In this document: piece by piece, positions 22,330 to 35,221 of the stretch
Numbering within the stretch: position 1 is the stretch's first letter
Layout of the letters: each line of letters opens with the position of its first letter
The notes under the pieces: model-generated
Seen by the model: the letters and a program-made list of their open reading frames with translations, nothing else
The model's database searches: none
What the model was told of the DNA's origin: nothing
Translations under genes and position numbers: made by a program
Source: Callorhinchus milii
Taxonomy: Eukaryota
Assembly (NCBI RefSeq): GCF_018977255.1
Contig: NW_024704743.1
Coordinates: 19,966,001-20,030,000, forward strand
DNA: 64,000 nt
Reading direction: 5' to 3'

Positions 22330-23364
22330 ACAAGACTATGGGACTCTCTCCTGACAAACAGTTCCGGTCCGTGATTCCTTAAAATTGTATCAAAAAAAGT
22401 GAGAGGCAGAAAAGGCAGGGAGCAAAGCCAACTCTTATTCAAGTCACTGCTACAGTTATTTATGTAGCATTTCATTGGGGGGAAAAAACACACATAACCT
22501 TCTATGCATGTATGGGATTTATGGTGTCAAATGATACAAATCCTGGAAAACACCAGAAATTTCAGATCTAAATCTAAAGCTAAAACAGTTGATGTTGTGT
22601 CAATCAATAGCTTTGGAAAAAAGCTGAATGAATACCTGTCTGGACCCAAAGTTAATAGGGCTGAATAAATAGAGTAGCTCTGTGCTAATGTGATTACTTG
22701 GGAGATGCTGGACCTTGGGCTGCCATGTCAAGGCAGGAAGGAAAGTGGAATATAAACTTGAATAAATATACAGGAGTTTTGTTCAATTTATTTCACCCAT
22801 GACATCAATGAAATCATAGTGTTACAGCATAGAAACTATTCATCTCACCAAATTTGTGCTGGTGAGTTTTTTCCCATTTGAGCCTTCTAGTTTAATGCCA
22901 CTCTTCCTACTCGAATTAAGTAATATTAATAATAATCCTTGCATTTGATACAGCACTTCACCATATCGTTGAAACATCTCAAACTTTTTACAGGATTTTT
23001 TTTAACTGTAAAGTGTAAGGAATGTGTATTCGTAAATGATAAAATGGTGATAGTCTTGTTCTTGAAGCATATATTTAATTTCCTTTTGAAAGAATTTATG
23101 GATTTCTGTTTCAACAATGTTTTGTGGTAGAGAATTTCACAGTCCAATCCCACTGATCTCATTTCCTTATTTATCCACAGAATCTTCACCTTCAAAACAG
23201 CCCCCTTTGTTTTTACTGGAATATATTTGATTTATACTTACATCTCCTGTTTAAAATTATTTCTCCCTGTTGATAAACATTTCTGCTTTCCATTTGTTAT
23301 CTCTAGTTAGTCTCTATATAAATGAAAGGGAGATAATTGATCCACTGACAAGTGGAAATAATCC

Positions 23365-23480
23365 ACAGTCAAACCTGCTGAAGTAACCACCTCTATTCAG
23401 CAAGCACCTGCTGTCAACAACCATCCTAGAACAGTCCTGAATGACTTTCCATAATAAACCCCTTCTGATCAGCATTCACC
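23365..23480 (+). mobile_element. pogo/Tigger-like terminal fragment
   Basis: cagtcaaacctg...taaccacctctattcagcaagcacctg with repeated cacct subterminal motifs. Confidence 0.45.
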
Positions 23481-23639
23481 TGTCCAACAGACATTGTCAG
23501 AGGCCTGGGAGCGGATTATCTACCCGTTGTCTCAGACAGTGGCATTCACAAGGAAAAGGTGAAAATTAAAAATTCTTCTCGTGCTCATTTTTCTATTTCT
23601 TTAAATCTATTTCTGTTTGTTTTTAAGCAAAAAGAATAG

Positions 23640-24040
23640 ATTGTATTTTGAAAGTCTAAAGCTTGTGAATGTACCCCTAATTGATCTTACCTTTTACAAC
23701 AAATATGAATATCTAAAGCCTTACAATTATCTTTCACGAATTGTTTTTGTACTCGCTTGTAGCCTTTCTAGTCTCCCTCTTTGCAGTTTTAAAATATTCT
23801 TCAATTTTCTCTTAATTTGATTAGTCTGCCTATAAACCCTGAATCCTCTTTTTCAAAAAATCATATTTGATCTAATTTCCTTATTCATCCACAGAATCCT
23901 GGCCTTCAATACGGCCCCTTTTTCTTACTGGAATATGCTTGATTTATACTGCTTCCATCTCCTGTTTAAAATTTTCCCCCAGCTGATATACATTTCTGCT
24001 TGCCAGTTTTCTTCCTCCAGTTAATCTGAACAAGGTCCCT
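23640..24040 (-). mobile_element. Old CR1 ORF2 tether fragment; about 160 bp of it recurs at 23154-23312
   Basis: The minus strand gives QINW...NFKQEM...HIPVRK-like text, comparable to KINW...TFKEIV...RIPLRNK of the CR1 at 1.4 kb. Confidence 0.65.
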
Positions 24041-25089
24041 TTTATCTCGCTAGAATTTGCTTTTTATTTCAATAGTCAAATACACATTTGCCTTTGGTAG
24101 ATTAATGGGGTTTGGTGGAGTCCACATAAGTGATGTAAACTTTTCTAACTGATTTGTTTGGGTGTACAATAATACCAGACAATTTGTAACTGGTAGATAA
24201 AACCACATCAGAACATTTTGGCTTATGATAAAAGTGGAAAACATTTACTTTGTTGGCTTTAGATCTTGAATTGCACATATTGTTTTATCCAAATTAATAC
24301 ATGCATGAAATTACTTGCAGACCAACAAAAGAGAAAATGCCAAATCCTTCGATCACAAATGTCCTCAATTAAATAGGTAGATTTTTTTTTTCTTTAAGAA
24401 TCAATCTGTTTATTTTGCTATGTTAGAAACACGTTCTTTCAATATTGTGAACAATATTCAGACTTATTTTATTCATTGTAATAATAATGAATTGATTAAA
24501 TGGAAGGATTGGACCATAAGAAAAGTTGGAGAGAAGAGTAGGCCATTGAGGTCACCAAAGCTCATCCCTCAAGTTTATTTTTCTCTCCCATTATATCATC
24601 TGATTGTACTTAATAATCCCATTTTTTTTTATTTTGCTACTTTGTCTGATATCTTATTTAAAATGTCTAGCAATCTTTCAGCACTGGATTATGATTGTTG
24701 TGAAGTCTTTTGATACTTTCTCTAGATATTCGTCAGACTGAATTGAAGTAGCCAAAATGATTTGTGTTGTATTCTGCAGGGAAGGGAGGCATTTTGGTGA
24801 AAAATAAGGAATTTATTATAAGCATCAACTGGACAGGAAGCAGGCAAACATACCATATACCATATCAAGAATGTTGCTTTTTCATTCATCTAATTGCACA
24901 ATACAGTACAATTTACATTTATATAGTACCTTTTATGTCAGAAGGATGTCTCAGTGCTTATTTCCATTCATAGAAAAAACAGCTCAGAAACAGGTCAATC
25001 AGCCCACCCAGTCTGGCTGGTAAACGAGTGCCTATCCTAGATCTTATCACAAGACCTATATCTCGACTTTTCCCCCATATTACTCCTAG

Positions 25090-25255
25090 TCATTCACTCT
25101 ATGGCTGTTTGTGTGTTCAGACTGGCTACCGCAATCATCCACAAAATACACAGTCAATCCATTTTACAGTATATCCTGTGAAGCGCCCTGAGACAACTCG
25201 AAGACGTGATATAGTGCTATACCAAATGCAAGGATTATTATGTTATTATTATAAT
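25090..25255 (+). mobile_element. SINE 3' fragment
   Basis: SINE body and caaatgcaagg-(att)n tail. Confidence 0.8.
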
Positions 25256-25285
25256 TATCTATCAACTTAAATCTCTGTTAACCAT

Positions 25286-25418
25286 GTATCCATTCCAATA
25301 AACATCTCTGGAATTTCCATGTGTAGGTTGAATACATGGAACTCCCAGTTTGGTTGGGATATTCTTAAGATTGATGATGGGTTTCTGTATGTGTCAGACA
25401 CCAGGCTGACCAAAAAAA
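25286..25418 (+). repeat. Family X 3' end fragment with A7 run
   Basis: Reverse complement of 7814-7945; ends ggctgaccaaaaaaa. Confidence 0.82.
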
Positions 25419-25698
25419 GCACATGAACAAATGCCACCTAGCAACTGGCAGGCAATCAGAACCAGGAACAGAGAGGTCCATGCCATTGGGGAGAAAATTA
25501 GAAAATAATTGGACACACTAAATGTTCCTTTAAAAAAAGAGAAAAATCAAAAGTAATCTTAAGTTATGAATAGTTGGAAGTTAAATGATGTCTTTTCTGT
25601 CCATAAAAAATGAGATAAAAGCCATTTGATCCTCTACAAGTTTTCTGTTAATTGTAACTCTGGTCTATATGGTCTATGTGGGCTTAATCGGATCTACA

Positions 25699-26074
25699 TA
25701 ATAATAATAATAATAATAATAATCCTTGCATTTGATATAGCGCTTTTCACGTCGGGAGGACGTCCCAAAGCGCTTCACAGAACACACTGTAAAGTGAATT
25801 GACTGTATATTTGTGGGCGAACGCGGCAGCCAATTGCGTACAGCAATGTCCCACAAACAGTCATGGATTGAAAATGACCAATTTATTATTGTTTTGTTTT
25901 TTTGGAGGGATTATTATTAGGCGTGTGGAGTAAGGAAACTTGCCCAAGGTTTCGCCCTGACCTGCCTGGAATTGAACTCAGGTCTCTCGCTTGCAAAGCA
26001 AGTGCTCTAACCACTGAGCTACAGGACTCCACTATTGCAAAGCGAGTGCTCTAACCACTGAGCTACAGGACTCC
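25699..26074 (-). mobile_element. Young SINE, full length, with tandemly duplicated head
   Basis: Near-identical to 7410-7730. 44-bp duplication at 25991-26034 and 26035-26078. Possible TSD ctacat. Confidence 0.95.
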
Positions 26075-26187
26075 ACTACATGTGGAACAGGTAAAGTTTA
26101 AGTTTATTCTTAAACTTATTATTATTGAAACTTTATTATTATTGAAGTTTAAGACATTCAGTGCTTAATAAATCTCATCTATATGTA

Positions 26188-26502
26188 GGAGTCCTGTAGG
26201 AGTCAGTGATTAGAGCACTCCCTCACAAGCGAGAGGCCTGGGTTCGATTCCCGGCAGGGCTAAACCTTGGGCAAGTTTTCTTACTCCACACAACTGATAA
26301 TAATCCCTCAAGAGAAAAAACAATAATAATTTGGTCACTCAATCCACAACTGTTTGTGGGACACTAGTGTACGCAATTGGCTGCCACGTTTTCACCCACA
26401 AAATATACAGTTAATTCACTTTACAGTATACTCTGTGAAGCGCTTTGAGACGTCTAGAAGACTTGAAAAGCGCTATATCAAATGCAAGGATTATTATTAT
26501 TA
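26188..26502 (+). mobile_element. Young SINE, full length
   Basis: Head with B box GGTTCGATTCC, body and tail. Confidence 0.95.
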
Positions 26503-27464
26503 ATCTATCCCCACAAATATTCTGTGTCTACCTGCAGGAGATGGATATGGGCTGATATTGAAATATTTTTGCTGTTGTGAATCCTACATTAATGTAATTG
26601 ACATGTAATTCCAAAATAAAGCCCTGTGATCTCTGACCGATTATTTGAAATGGGAATTTTTTTACATAGAAACTCCAATTCAAAAATTATAAAATTCGAA
26701 TTGTTAAATAGAAATTATTTAGACAAAATGATTTGCATAACATATTTTCTGATATGCAGGTAGTCTTTTAACCAGAAGAATAATAAATTTGCTGAGAAAA
26801 GATCACAGTAATTAATTTGAAAGAACAGTGAACGATTTAAAATGTATTTGGATCCCCTTTCAAGAAAACTTCTGTTCGGTTAAAAAGCCCATGTTTTGCC
26901 ATTTAAAACTCTTTTTGAATAGATTTGCTACATGTGCTATTAATAACTGTTATTATTGATTATTATTATATTATAAATACATTACCTGTATATTAATTGT
27001 GGTAATATTAATTATTATAATTAATAGAATATATTCACCACAGTTTTACAGTAGGAGACATGTATTATTAATGATGTTTATGGAAGTATGGGCCAATATT
27101 GAAGATTTCCAGTCTGGTTATTTCACAATAATTGCTGCAATTAATCATTAGCTTTAAGCATTTGTTCCACTTTTAAAAATGCCCTTCTAAAATAAATGTT
27201 CATTTGCTAGGTTAGCACTTCCATCATATTGAAATAATTATCATATCCTTACATTTTCTAAGTACAATATATGCTTGTTGCTAAAAATACATTAGAAATA
27301 GGTTTTAAAAGGAATCCAAAAATGAGCATGAGAATAATTTTTAATTTTCACCCTTCCTTGTAAATGCTACTGTGAAACAATGGGCAGGTAATCTACTCTT
27401 AGGCCTCGGTCAGTGTCAGTGACAGGCCATCAAGGGATACATAAGGGTAGAAGGGGATCAATTT

Positions 27465-27880
27465 GGGTGTTGGTAGCACTCTCGCTTTCGTGTCAGAAGA
27501 TTGTGGGTTCAAGCCCCACATCAGGACTTTCAACTCCAGGTTGATTCTAGACTTTCCAGTGCCATGCAGGGGTGTGCTGCACCCTTCCGATGAAATGATA
27601 ATCTGAGATCCCCCTAATCCTGCCTAGTCAGGTAAACACTGAAGATCCCATGACACTATCGAAAAAGAGGTGTTTTTCCTGTTGTCCTGGCCAACTATCC
27701 CCACAAATAAAATTGATCATTTACTTCACGGCTGTTTGTGAGGCATGGTTGTGAGCAAATTAGTTGTCACATTTGCCTGCAAACTACAATCATTGCACTT
27801 TACAGTAAAAATCCTGCGAAGCGCTTTGAGAGATCTCAAAGATGTCATAAGGAGTTGTATCAAATGTAAGGATTAATTAT
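27465..27880 (+). mobile_element. Old Deu-type SINE, near full length
   Basis: tRNA head, central block (gaagatcccatgacactatcgaaaaagagg...tcctggccaac) and L2-like tail. Confidence 0.8.
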
Positions 27881-29469
27881 TTAATCTTCTGATCATTTCA
27901 CCTTCCCTTCCTGTGGGCAGTGAAACAATAACAAGAACAAGGGGGAAAATGTACAATCTAGAAATGGGGGAAAAAGAACAAAACATATTGAAACATTTCA
28001 AAGCCTCGAATAATTTGAAAGGGAATCTCTTATTTAAAAATATTCTGACTACGTAAAGCTGTTTTAAAGCATAAAGCACTGTCAGTCCTACAGAAGAATG
28101 AAAAAGGCCCAAATGTAGTCTCTTACTTCTAAGTTACTTCTGAAGACTTCTCAGTTTATCATGCCCTTCAGTTCCCACGGTTCAGAAAACTGATGCACAT
28201 CCATCCACTGATTATTCCCTTTAGTCATTTTGATACTAGGATCATCTCCACTTGAGATTTTTCCAAGTGAAAATAGATTTAGCTCCCTTAGCCTCTCTTC
28301 ACTTGATTTACTATTCAAGCTATCCTTCTTCAAGATCTTTCCAAAAGACTGCCACCGGTTAAAAAAAAATTGCAACCGGTTAAAAAAAAATTGCACTATG
28401 GACTCTTATCAGTATTTCTTTCAGTTGAATAGTTCCAAAGATTTGGCTAGAATATTTAATTATTTAGTCACTTTCTGATGATTTTTTCTATCAATTAAAT
28501 GGCAAATTCTGAGAACATCAGCGAGAGAACAAGACTGGAGAGGATACTGACCCTGATACAGTGAGACTGTAGCATATTTAAAAATCGTATAAATTTAGCA
28601 ACCTTGTACGGTTGTGCTAAGCAACTCCTTCCAAGCTTTTACATCAAAAAACAACAGCAACACTTTCTGGTTTAAATGTAAGGGTTAATTATTTCATTAT
28701 TATTTAATCTTCTGACCATTTCACCTCCCTTCCTGTGGGCAATGAATCAATAACAAGAACAAGGGGGAAATGTAACGTTAATTGATTTATCAAAAAAACA
28801 AGAATGATACCAAATTAAAATAATAATTTGAATTTCCTTTTTTTGACAAGTAAACGGATGACTGGATATTAAACAGGATCTGTCGTTGACAGGTCAAATA
28901 TGAAACAAATGCAGCTTCTGGAAGATGTCCAGGACAGAACATTACTTTCAATAAACATGTAAGCACTCGTCATTTTAGACAATAGCTCTTGTCTTGTGTG
29001 TTTATTTTCTCTCTGTTGATTTACTTCACCTTTGGAGAAAATGCATTCTGAAAGGTAGTCGTTGCAGTAAGATGCACAAACAAAATAGATTGGCAGAATG
29101 CTTTGTATATCTTTATGCTAAAAATCTGATCTGAAGTTCACTGCAATTTGCAAGAGACACTTCCTGTTGGCGCCAAGTAGATGTGTCTGCTTATTTAACC
29201 TAATAAAAACAAATAAATCAAGTAACCCTTTTTATTAAAACCAAAATAAACAGCTGCATTTTTCACTGAAAGGAAGGGTGTTTCTCCATTTACAAAACAC
29301 AAGTTTAGGTCAATGATCAGAAGCAAAATAGAAGAGAAATCCATTATAAATAAATGAATACATTAGAAACTACATATACCAATTCAAGTATCATTGTGAG
29401 AGAGAAAATGATTGTAACCAATTGCACCATCCAAGTTGATTCAGGGGTCTGAAAACAGTTCAACAGGCA

Positions 29470-29818
29470 GTCAGGCTTTCAGCCGCTCTACCTCCACTCT
29501 CTGAAACTCCATTCTAAAGTTTCCTCCACTCGCTCCCTCCCTCAGAGTTTAATATTTGCCAAATGTACAATAATAATAAAGTGCTCAGAGACGCCACCTG
29601 TCATGGAGGGTGTTATATAAATGCAAGTTGGTGTTGTTGCTGTACATAATAATCCTTCCATTTGATAGAGCACCTTATGACATCGCTGAGATATCTCAAA
29701 GAGCTTCACAGGATATACTGTAAAGTGGATTCACGGTGTATTTTGTGGGCAAAACACAGCAGCCAGTTGCGGAAGGCAATGTCCCACAAACAGTCATGGA
29801 GTGAGTGACCAATGTTAT
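29470..29818. mobile_element. L2 3' fragment (+, 29470-29640) tail-to-tail with a SINE 3' fragment (-, 29646-29818)
   Basis: L2 tail aaatgcaagttggtgttgttg abuts the reverse SINE tail aataatccttccatttgata. Confidence 0.75.
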
Positions 29819-30139
29819 TTGGCTAGGGGATTGGCTAAGGCTTGTGGATTCGAATGTGCATTGGGCTTCACAAGATATCAACTCACCATATCGAGTCCAT
29901 GGAATTGCCATGCACTAAGTACAGGGCTGGTGCTAGGATACGGGTGGCCATGTGTTTGGGTAGCCCAGAACAGGGGGCGAGGAGCCGAGCATGGATCGAA
30001 GAGCACAGGAACTGGGGTCACTGATACTGAAACTGGCCAACTGGGTATAGAGATTGAGGGACTGGGGTATTGATAACAAGCAACCCGGGCAATAGGAGGG
30101 GAAGTAGGGACCCGGATAATGGAGCCACGGGTACTGGAT

Positions 30140-30217
30140 GCAGAAATGGTTCACGGGCTGGATGCAATCATCCACTGGGCCGGATGTGGCCCGTGGGCTG
30201 CCAGTTAAACCACCCTG
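30140..30217. mobile_element. Terminus of a non-autonomous hAT element
   Basis: gggccggatgtggcccgtgggctgccagttaaaccaccctg is a typical GGCCC-rich hAT subterminal plus TIR. The partner end and TSD were not found. Confidence 0.55.
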
Positions 30218-30467
30218 GGTATAAGGGATCAAAGAGCTGTCATTCAGTGGAACTGTACCCGATTATGAGGCTGCACCTTAACAAAAGGAAAGAGAGGGAA
30301 ATAGGCAAAACAAAAATACTATCATTTTATCTTGGAAACTAAGGTATTAATCTCCTTTTGTCTTTCTCCTTTGTTAATGTAAATAAATGCAAATAAATAT
30401 CCACTTAATTACCCACCTAATTACTTTTACTTACATTTTAATAGATCAACATGCTGATGGTTAGTAA

Positions 30468-30610
30468 GAATAATGCTTGCATTTGATATAGCGCCTTATC
30501 ACGTCTTCAAGACATCTCAAAGCACTTCAGAGAATATACTGTAAAATGAATTGACTACATGTTTTGTGGGCAACCAATTGTGCACAGCAATGTCCCACAA
30601 ACAGTTGTAG
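30468..30610 (-). mobile_element. SINE 3' fragment
   Basis: Reverse tail and body. Confidence 0.85.
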
Positions 30611-31574
30611 ATATTTGTCTCACAAATAGATCAGTGAAAATAGTATTGATGGTCATATTCTGAATAGAACAACAATATTTCTTTATTCAGGGCCCGAATT
30701 GTGAACTTAATAGGAAAGAGTTCAAGGTAATATTCACAGTATTATTGCATATGAATAAAAAATATTTCCCCAGCTTTTCTTTTTATAGTTATTTGCAAAA
30801 TAAATATTAAAACTTAATTGCAAAGTGGATCTTTCAAAATCTTTAGTGAAAGATGACCATGGGATTAGAAATTCCTTCTGGATCTAGATTTACATGGTCA
30901 CTATACTTTACAGCAAATACAAGAAATGCACGTATACAACACCCATCATGTAGGATTACATCATAGACTGCAGTGGAAAGGTTGGATGCCACTTGCTGTT
31001 GTTTACAGTAAATCCTGTGAAGCACTTTGAGACTTCCTTCCAACCAAGTAGAATTTCCTCCCAAAGTGAATTCACTGTATGTTTTGTGGACGAAACTGTT
31101 AGTATTAAAGCGTTGCATTTTATAAGCAGATGAAATACAGCACCAAGTAGTCATCAAACATGATATCTTTCTGAAAGCAAAATGCAGTCTTCAATAATAC
31201 CTGGAAACTTACACTGAACTGTGGCTCGATTGTGAAACTGACAAATGCTGACCAGCAGTCACTGTGTAAAAATAATTAAAACACAACTGCAAATTGAGCA
31301 AGGGTATCGACTGCGGCAAGCACAAATAATTTGCCTTGTGTACCGAAAATAAGTCACCAGTTTCAATAGATGCGCTTCTATAGTTATTGAATTCAAACCT
31401 CTAAATTTTATTCTCAATCATTTGCAATCGCAAAGTACTATTTACCTATTTTATTCACTGGCTCTATCATTTAACGTCACTCAGTGAATATTATTGACGT
31501 ACATTTCCCACAAGTTTTTAAACGAGATGTAACAAGAGAAAAAGGCCTCATACGTCACAGTACAACTTAACAAA

Positions 31575-31820
31575 TTATTTCCTGTATTTTGTAAGCAAAT
31601 GAAGCAGCCAATTTGCGTACAGCAATGTAGCACAAACAGGCCTGAAATGAATGACTAATTTTATCCAGGGGTTTGCTTGCCAGGACACCAGGAGGAACTC
31701 TTTTCAACTTGCTGTGGAATCTTGAAGTCAACCTGAACAGACAGGAGGGACCTTGGTTTACCGTCTCATTCAAAGGATAGCACCTCCAACAATGCAGCAT
31801 CCCACCACTCCAACACTGCA
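31575..31820 (-). mobile_element. Old Deu-type SINE fragment
   Basis: Reverse complement of the central block. Confidence 0.75.
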
Positions 31821-31869
31821 AGAGAAGGTAAGAGGCAGTATAGAGAGCACAAGCCATATCTAGCAACAA

Positions 31870-32463
31870 TAGAGCTCAGTAGGGCTGTAAAAAGATTTGG
31901 ATGCAATCAGTGTTGATGAATTTGCGCACTTTCTGAATTTCATATCACATTAAGAGTGAGAAAACTCAGTGAGAAATGCTAAAGTACATGAAACAGAATC
32001 ACTTCGGTTTAATCAACATTTCCAAATGTGGCAGTTGTTCTTGGTACGTTCCTAACACTACAGTATCAGTAACAGTCTGTGAAGGTGGAAGTTCGTTCTC
32101 AAAGATGAATCTCATCAAAAACTCACTCAGATCTACGATGATCCAGGAAAGATTCAATGCACTGCCATTGCTGTCTACTGAGCACGACTTGACAAGTACA
32201 CTAAGTTTTCATCATCAATGAATGTTCACAACTATGAAGTCACGCAACAGAGTACTTTAAAAAGGTATTGTTGCATATTTTGACTGCATAGTTCAACGGG
32301 CCCACACAATGTAATTTGTTTTCCCCCCCTGCCTCCCACCAGCTCGGCATCGTGCTTCACCACTGCTAAACCCTCCGGGACGCTACCCTGAGTGAAAGGT
32401 GCTGTATAAATGCAAGTTGTTGTTGTTGGTTTAGGGCCCCCCCGATCCCTTAACCTGGCCATG
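31870..32463 (+). pseudogene. hAT (Tip100/Zaphod-like) transposase C-terminus with 3' terminus; L2 tail inserted at about 32322-32428
   Basis: VSVTVCEGGSSFSKMNLIKNSLRSTMIQERFNALPLLSTEHD is a hAT dimerisation domain. The end reads tagggccccc...cttaacctggccatg. Confidence 0.82.
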
Positions 32464-32541
32464 AAGCTCACAATGCAACAATGGATTGCCAGTAAGAACT
32501 AATATTTTTCAGACAAACCATGAGACCACCATCCTATCATT

Positions 32542-32865
32542 GGAGTCCTGTGGCTCAGTGGTTAGAGCACTCGTCTTGCAAGCGAGACACCTGGGTTCAA
32601 TTCCAGGCAGGGCGAAACCTTGGGCAAGTTTCCTTACTCCACACGCCTAATAATAATCCCACCAAAAAATAAAAACAATAATAAATTGGTCATTTTCAAT
32701 CCATGACTGTTTGTGGGACACTGCTGTGCGCAATTGGCTGCCAAATTTCGCCCACAAATATACGATCAATTCACTTTACAGTATATTCTGTGAAGCGCTT
32801 TGAGACATCTAGAAGATGTGAAAAGTGCTATATCAAATGCAAGGATTATTATTATTATTATTATT
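32542..32865 (+). mobile_element. Young SINE, full length
   Basis: A and B boxes, body, (att)n tail; flanking tatca may be a TSD. Confidence 0.95.
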
Positions 32866-33718
32866 TATCAGCCCGGGATGTATAAAATCTCTTCGCTTCA
32901 TATTTCATATGAAATTAAAGCAACCAACGAGTTGTCAAAGGCATCTAAAAGCTCACAGATTTGACCCCTGATCAGAAAGTGAACTGATTCATGCCCTTCC
33001 CTCATCTCCTCTAAAATCTGCTTCAAGACCTTTCTCTTTGACTGCCCTTTCAGGATCTTTCCCCCACTCATTCCCCAATGTCCAGCTCCTTGCTACATCC
33101 CATTGAGACACAATATAAATGTAAATTCATATTGTATTATAACAATGAGCTAATCCATTTCAAGACACATCCAGAAGTCATCAGTGGTCATCATTCATTA
33201 CCTAATAGTAAATAAAATAGAAATGGGTACCAGCCACATCTGTCCCTGTTTAAGATGTGAGGTATCTCTCTCGATGAGGTATGTATGCTGACTGGGGAAG
33301 GAGAGAAGTTACTATTATACTAGGTGGATGTTAATATAGTATAATACCCAAGCACTGAAGCCGGTCAAAATCAAGTGAAACAGCAGAACTCCCATATATA
33401 TATTTAAACAAGTGTTTAAATTCATGAATCAAGTTGGAGGCCCAAAGCTTTTAGTGCAGGACCATGCCATGGTTGATCAAAAGTTTAAACAATTCATTGC
33501 TCTAACGAAGTACATGATGGAGTTAAAGACACAGTGATCCAACCAAATTACTATCTGTGTAAAATAGATGATTGTTGCCTCAGAGCGAGCAATGTAAATT
33601 AACTTGATGACTCTTTTTTGAATAGTATAAGCGGCACTCTATGGCACACCTTAAACAGACAGGTGTAACCACAATTTAATATAGAGACCTGAAAGTCCGC
33701 AGTTTCAACAGCCCTCCC

Positions 33719-33900
33719 TTAATAATAATAATAAAAATAATCCTTGCATTTGATATAGCGCCTTATCACATCTTGGCGACGTCTCAAAGCACTTCACAGA
33801 ATATACTGCATTTGGGGCAAAACATGGCAGCCAATTGTGCATAGAAGTGTCCCACAAACAGTCGTGGATTCAGTGATCAACTTATTATTGTTTTTTTTTG
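33719..33900 (-). mobile_element. SINE 3' fragment
   Basis: Reverse tail and body. Confidence 0.85.
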
Positions 33901-33939
33901 ATTAGATACACTGAAGATCACAGATTACGTCACAACTCG

Positions 33940-34124
33940 ATTCGATAACTACTTTTAAAAATGCAGTGGACAGGTATTTGAGGAGGACGTGTTTGCAGGG
34001 TTATGGGGAAAGGGCTGGGGAGTGGGACTGACATTAATTGCTCTATTCAAAGAGCCGGCACAAACTCGATGGGCCGAATGGCCTCTTATTGTGCTGTAAG
34101 ATTCTATGATTCTATAATTCTATG
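33940..34124 (+). mobile_element. CR1 3' end
   Basis: gatgggccgaatggcctc 3' UTR and (attctatg)n tail. Confidence 0.88.
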
Positions 34125-34249
34125 AACTTTCAGTTTGATGGAATACAGTACTTAGTTAACGGCAGTGTTCATAAACATGGAAAGCAAAGCTGCAGTACAG
34201 CAATGCAGTAGTTTGAAGAGTATGAGGAACACCTTTCAGCTTCCTTTGC

Positions 34250-34585
34250 ATCAATTTATTCCCCTCCTCCTTTCTGAAGGTACTTTGACTTATTTTTCCT
34301 CTGACAGTTCCATGGGTGCTATTATCCTCCAGTCCTAGCCAAAGATGTCATTGTTCATGACCGTGCCTCAGTGAATGTCATCAAGCTATTCAACCGTGGG
34401 TTCATCACAGTCAGGCTCAATTATTCCCTTGCCCAACATCGACATGTATAGAATTTTGAATAGGATAACTATCGGAAGTCAGAGCCCTAGATGATTCATT
34501 TCCTTCCCTAGCCCAAGAATATTAAAGATAACTGTAGCATCCGAATTGCTTCCCATCTGAAATCAGCAAACTCAACACAGACGTG
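34250..34585 (-). repeat. Ancient unclassified SINE-like repeat
   Basis: Diverged reverse complement of 35835-36250. Confidence 0.5.
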
Positions 34586-35221
34586 TAATCTAAAAACTGT
34601 GATCGTCAGCGTTGATATTTTGTTCAGTCACCTTTTCCCCTAAACCCCCACCCCACCCGTCTCCCCCCACACCCACCCACCCACCCTCCTCAGCTCTCTC
34701 CCCTAACCCCAGCTCAGGTATGCTGGGTGAAGTGCTTTGACATGTCTCACGATATAAGAGGTACTGTATAAATGTAAATTGTTGTGCACCAAGCTATCTG
34801 ATGACCTAAGAGTGACTGCCCAGGGGATGGAGGAATGAAAAGATAAGCAGATTAACTTTGGCGGTGAACTAATTGCGTGGTGACATGTTTGCCAATTGAA
34901 TAACGGAGTCAAGTTGTAGCAGTATTAGTTTTAAAGTTCCTGAGCAGGTTCACAGTTCTCCAAGACCCTGTTGATGACGCACTAGACACCTTGGCTAATT
35001 GGCAGCCTCACTTTGTGCGATCTAAACATTTTATAATTCTTCACAACTGGATTCTGCTGAATTCCCACACCCATAAGATGTAAAGCAGAATTGCTATTCC
35101 TTCGCACTTAGACCCAGCAGAGGCTTCATGGGGAGCTTAAATTGGCCATCACCTTCACAAGAAATTCCACATGGAGTGACTTTTGTTTTCTCTGCAGTGT
35201 TGAGTCCATGGTATCAAGTGT

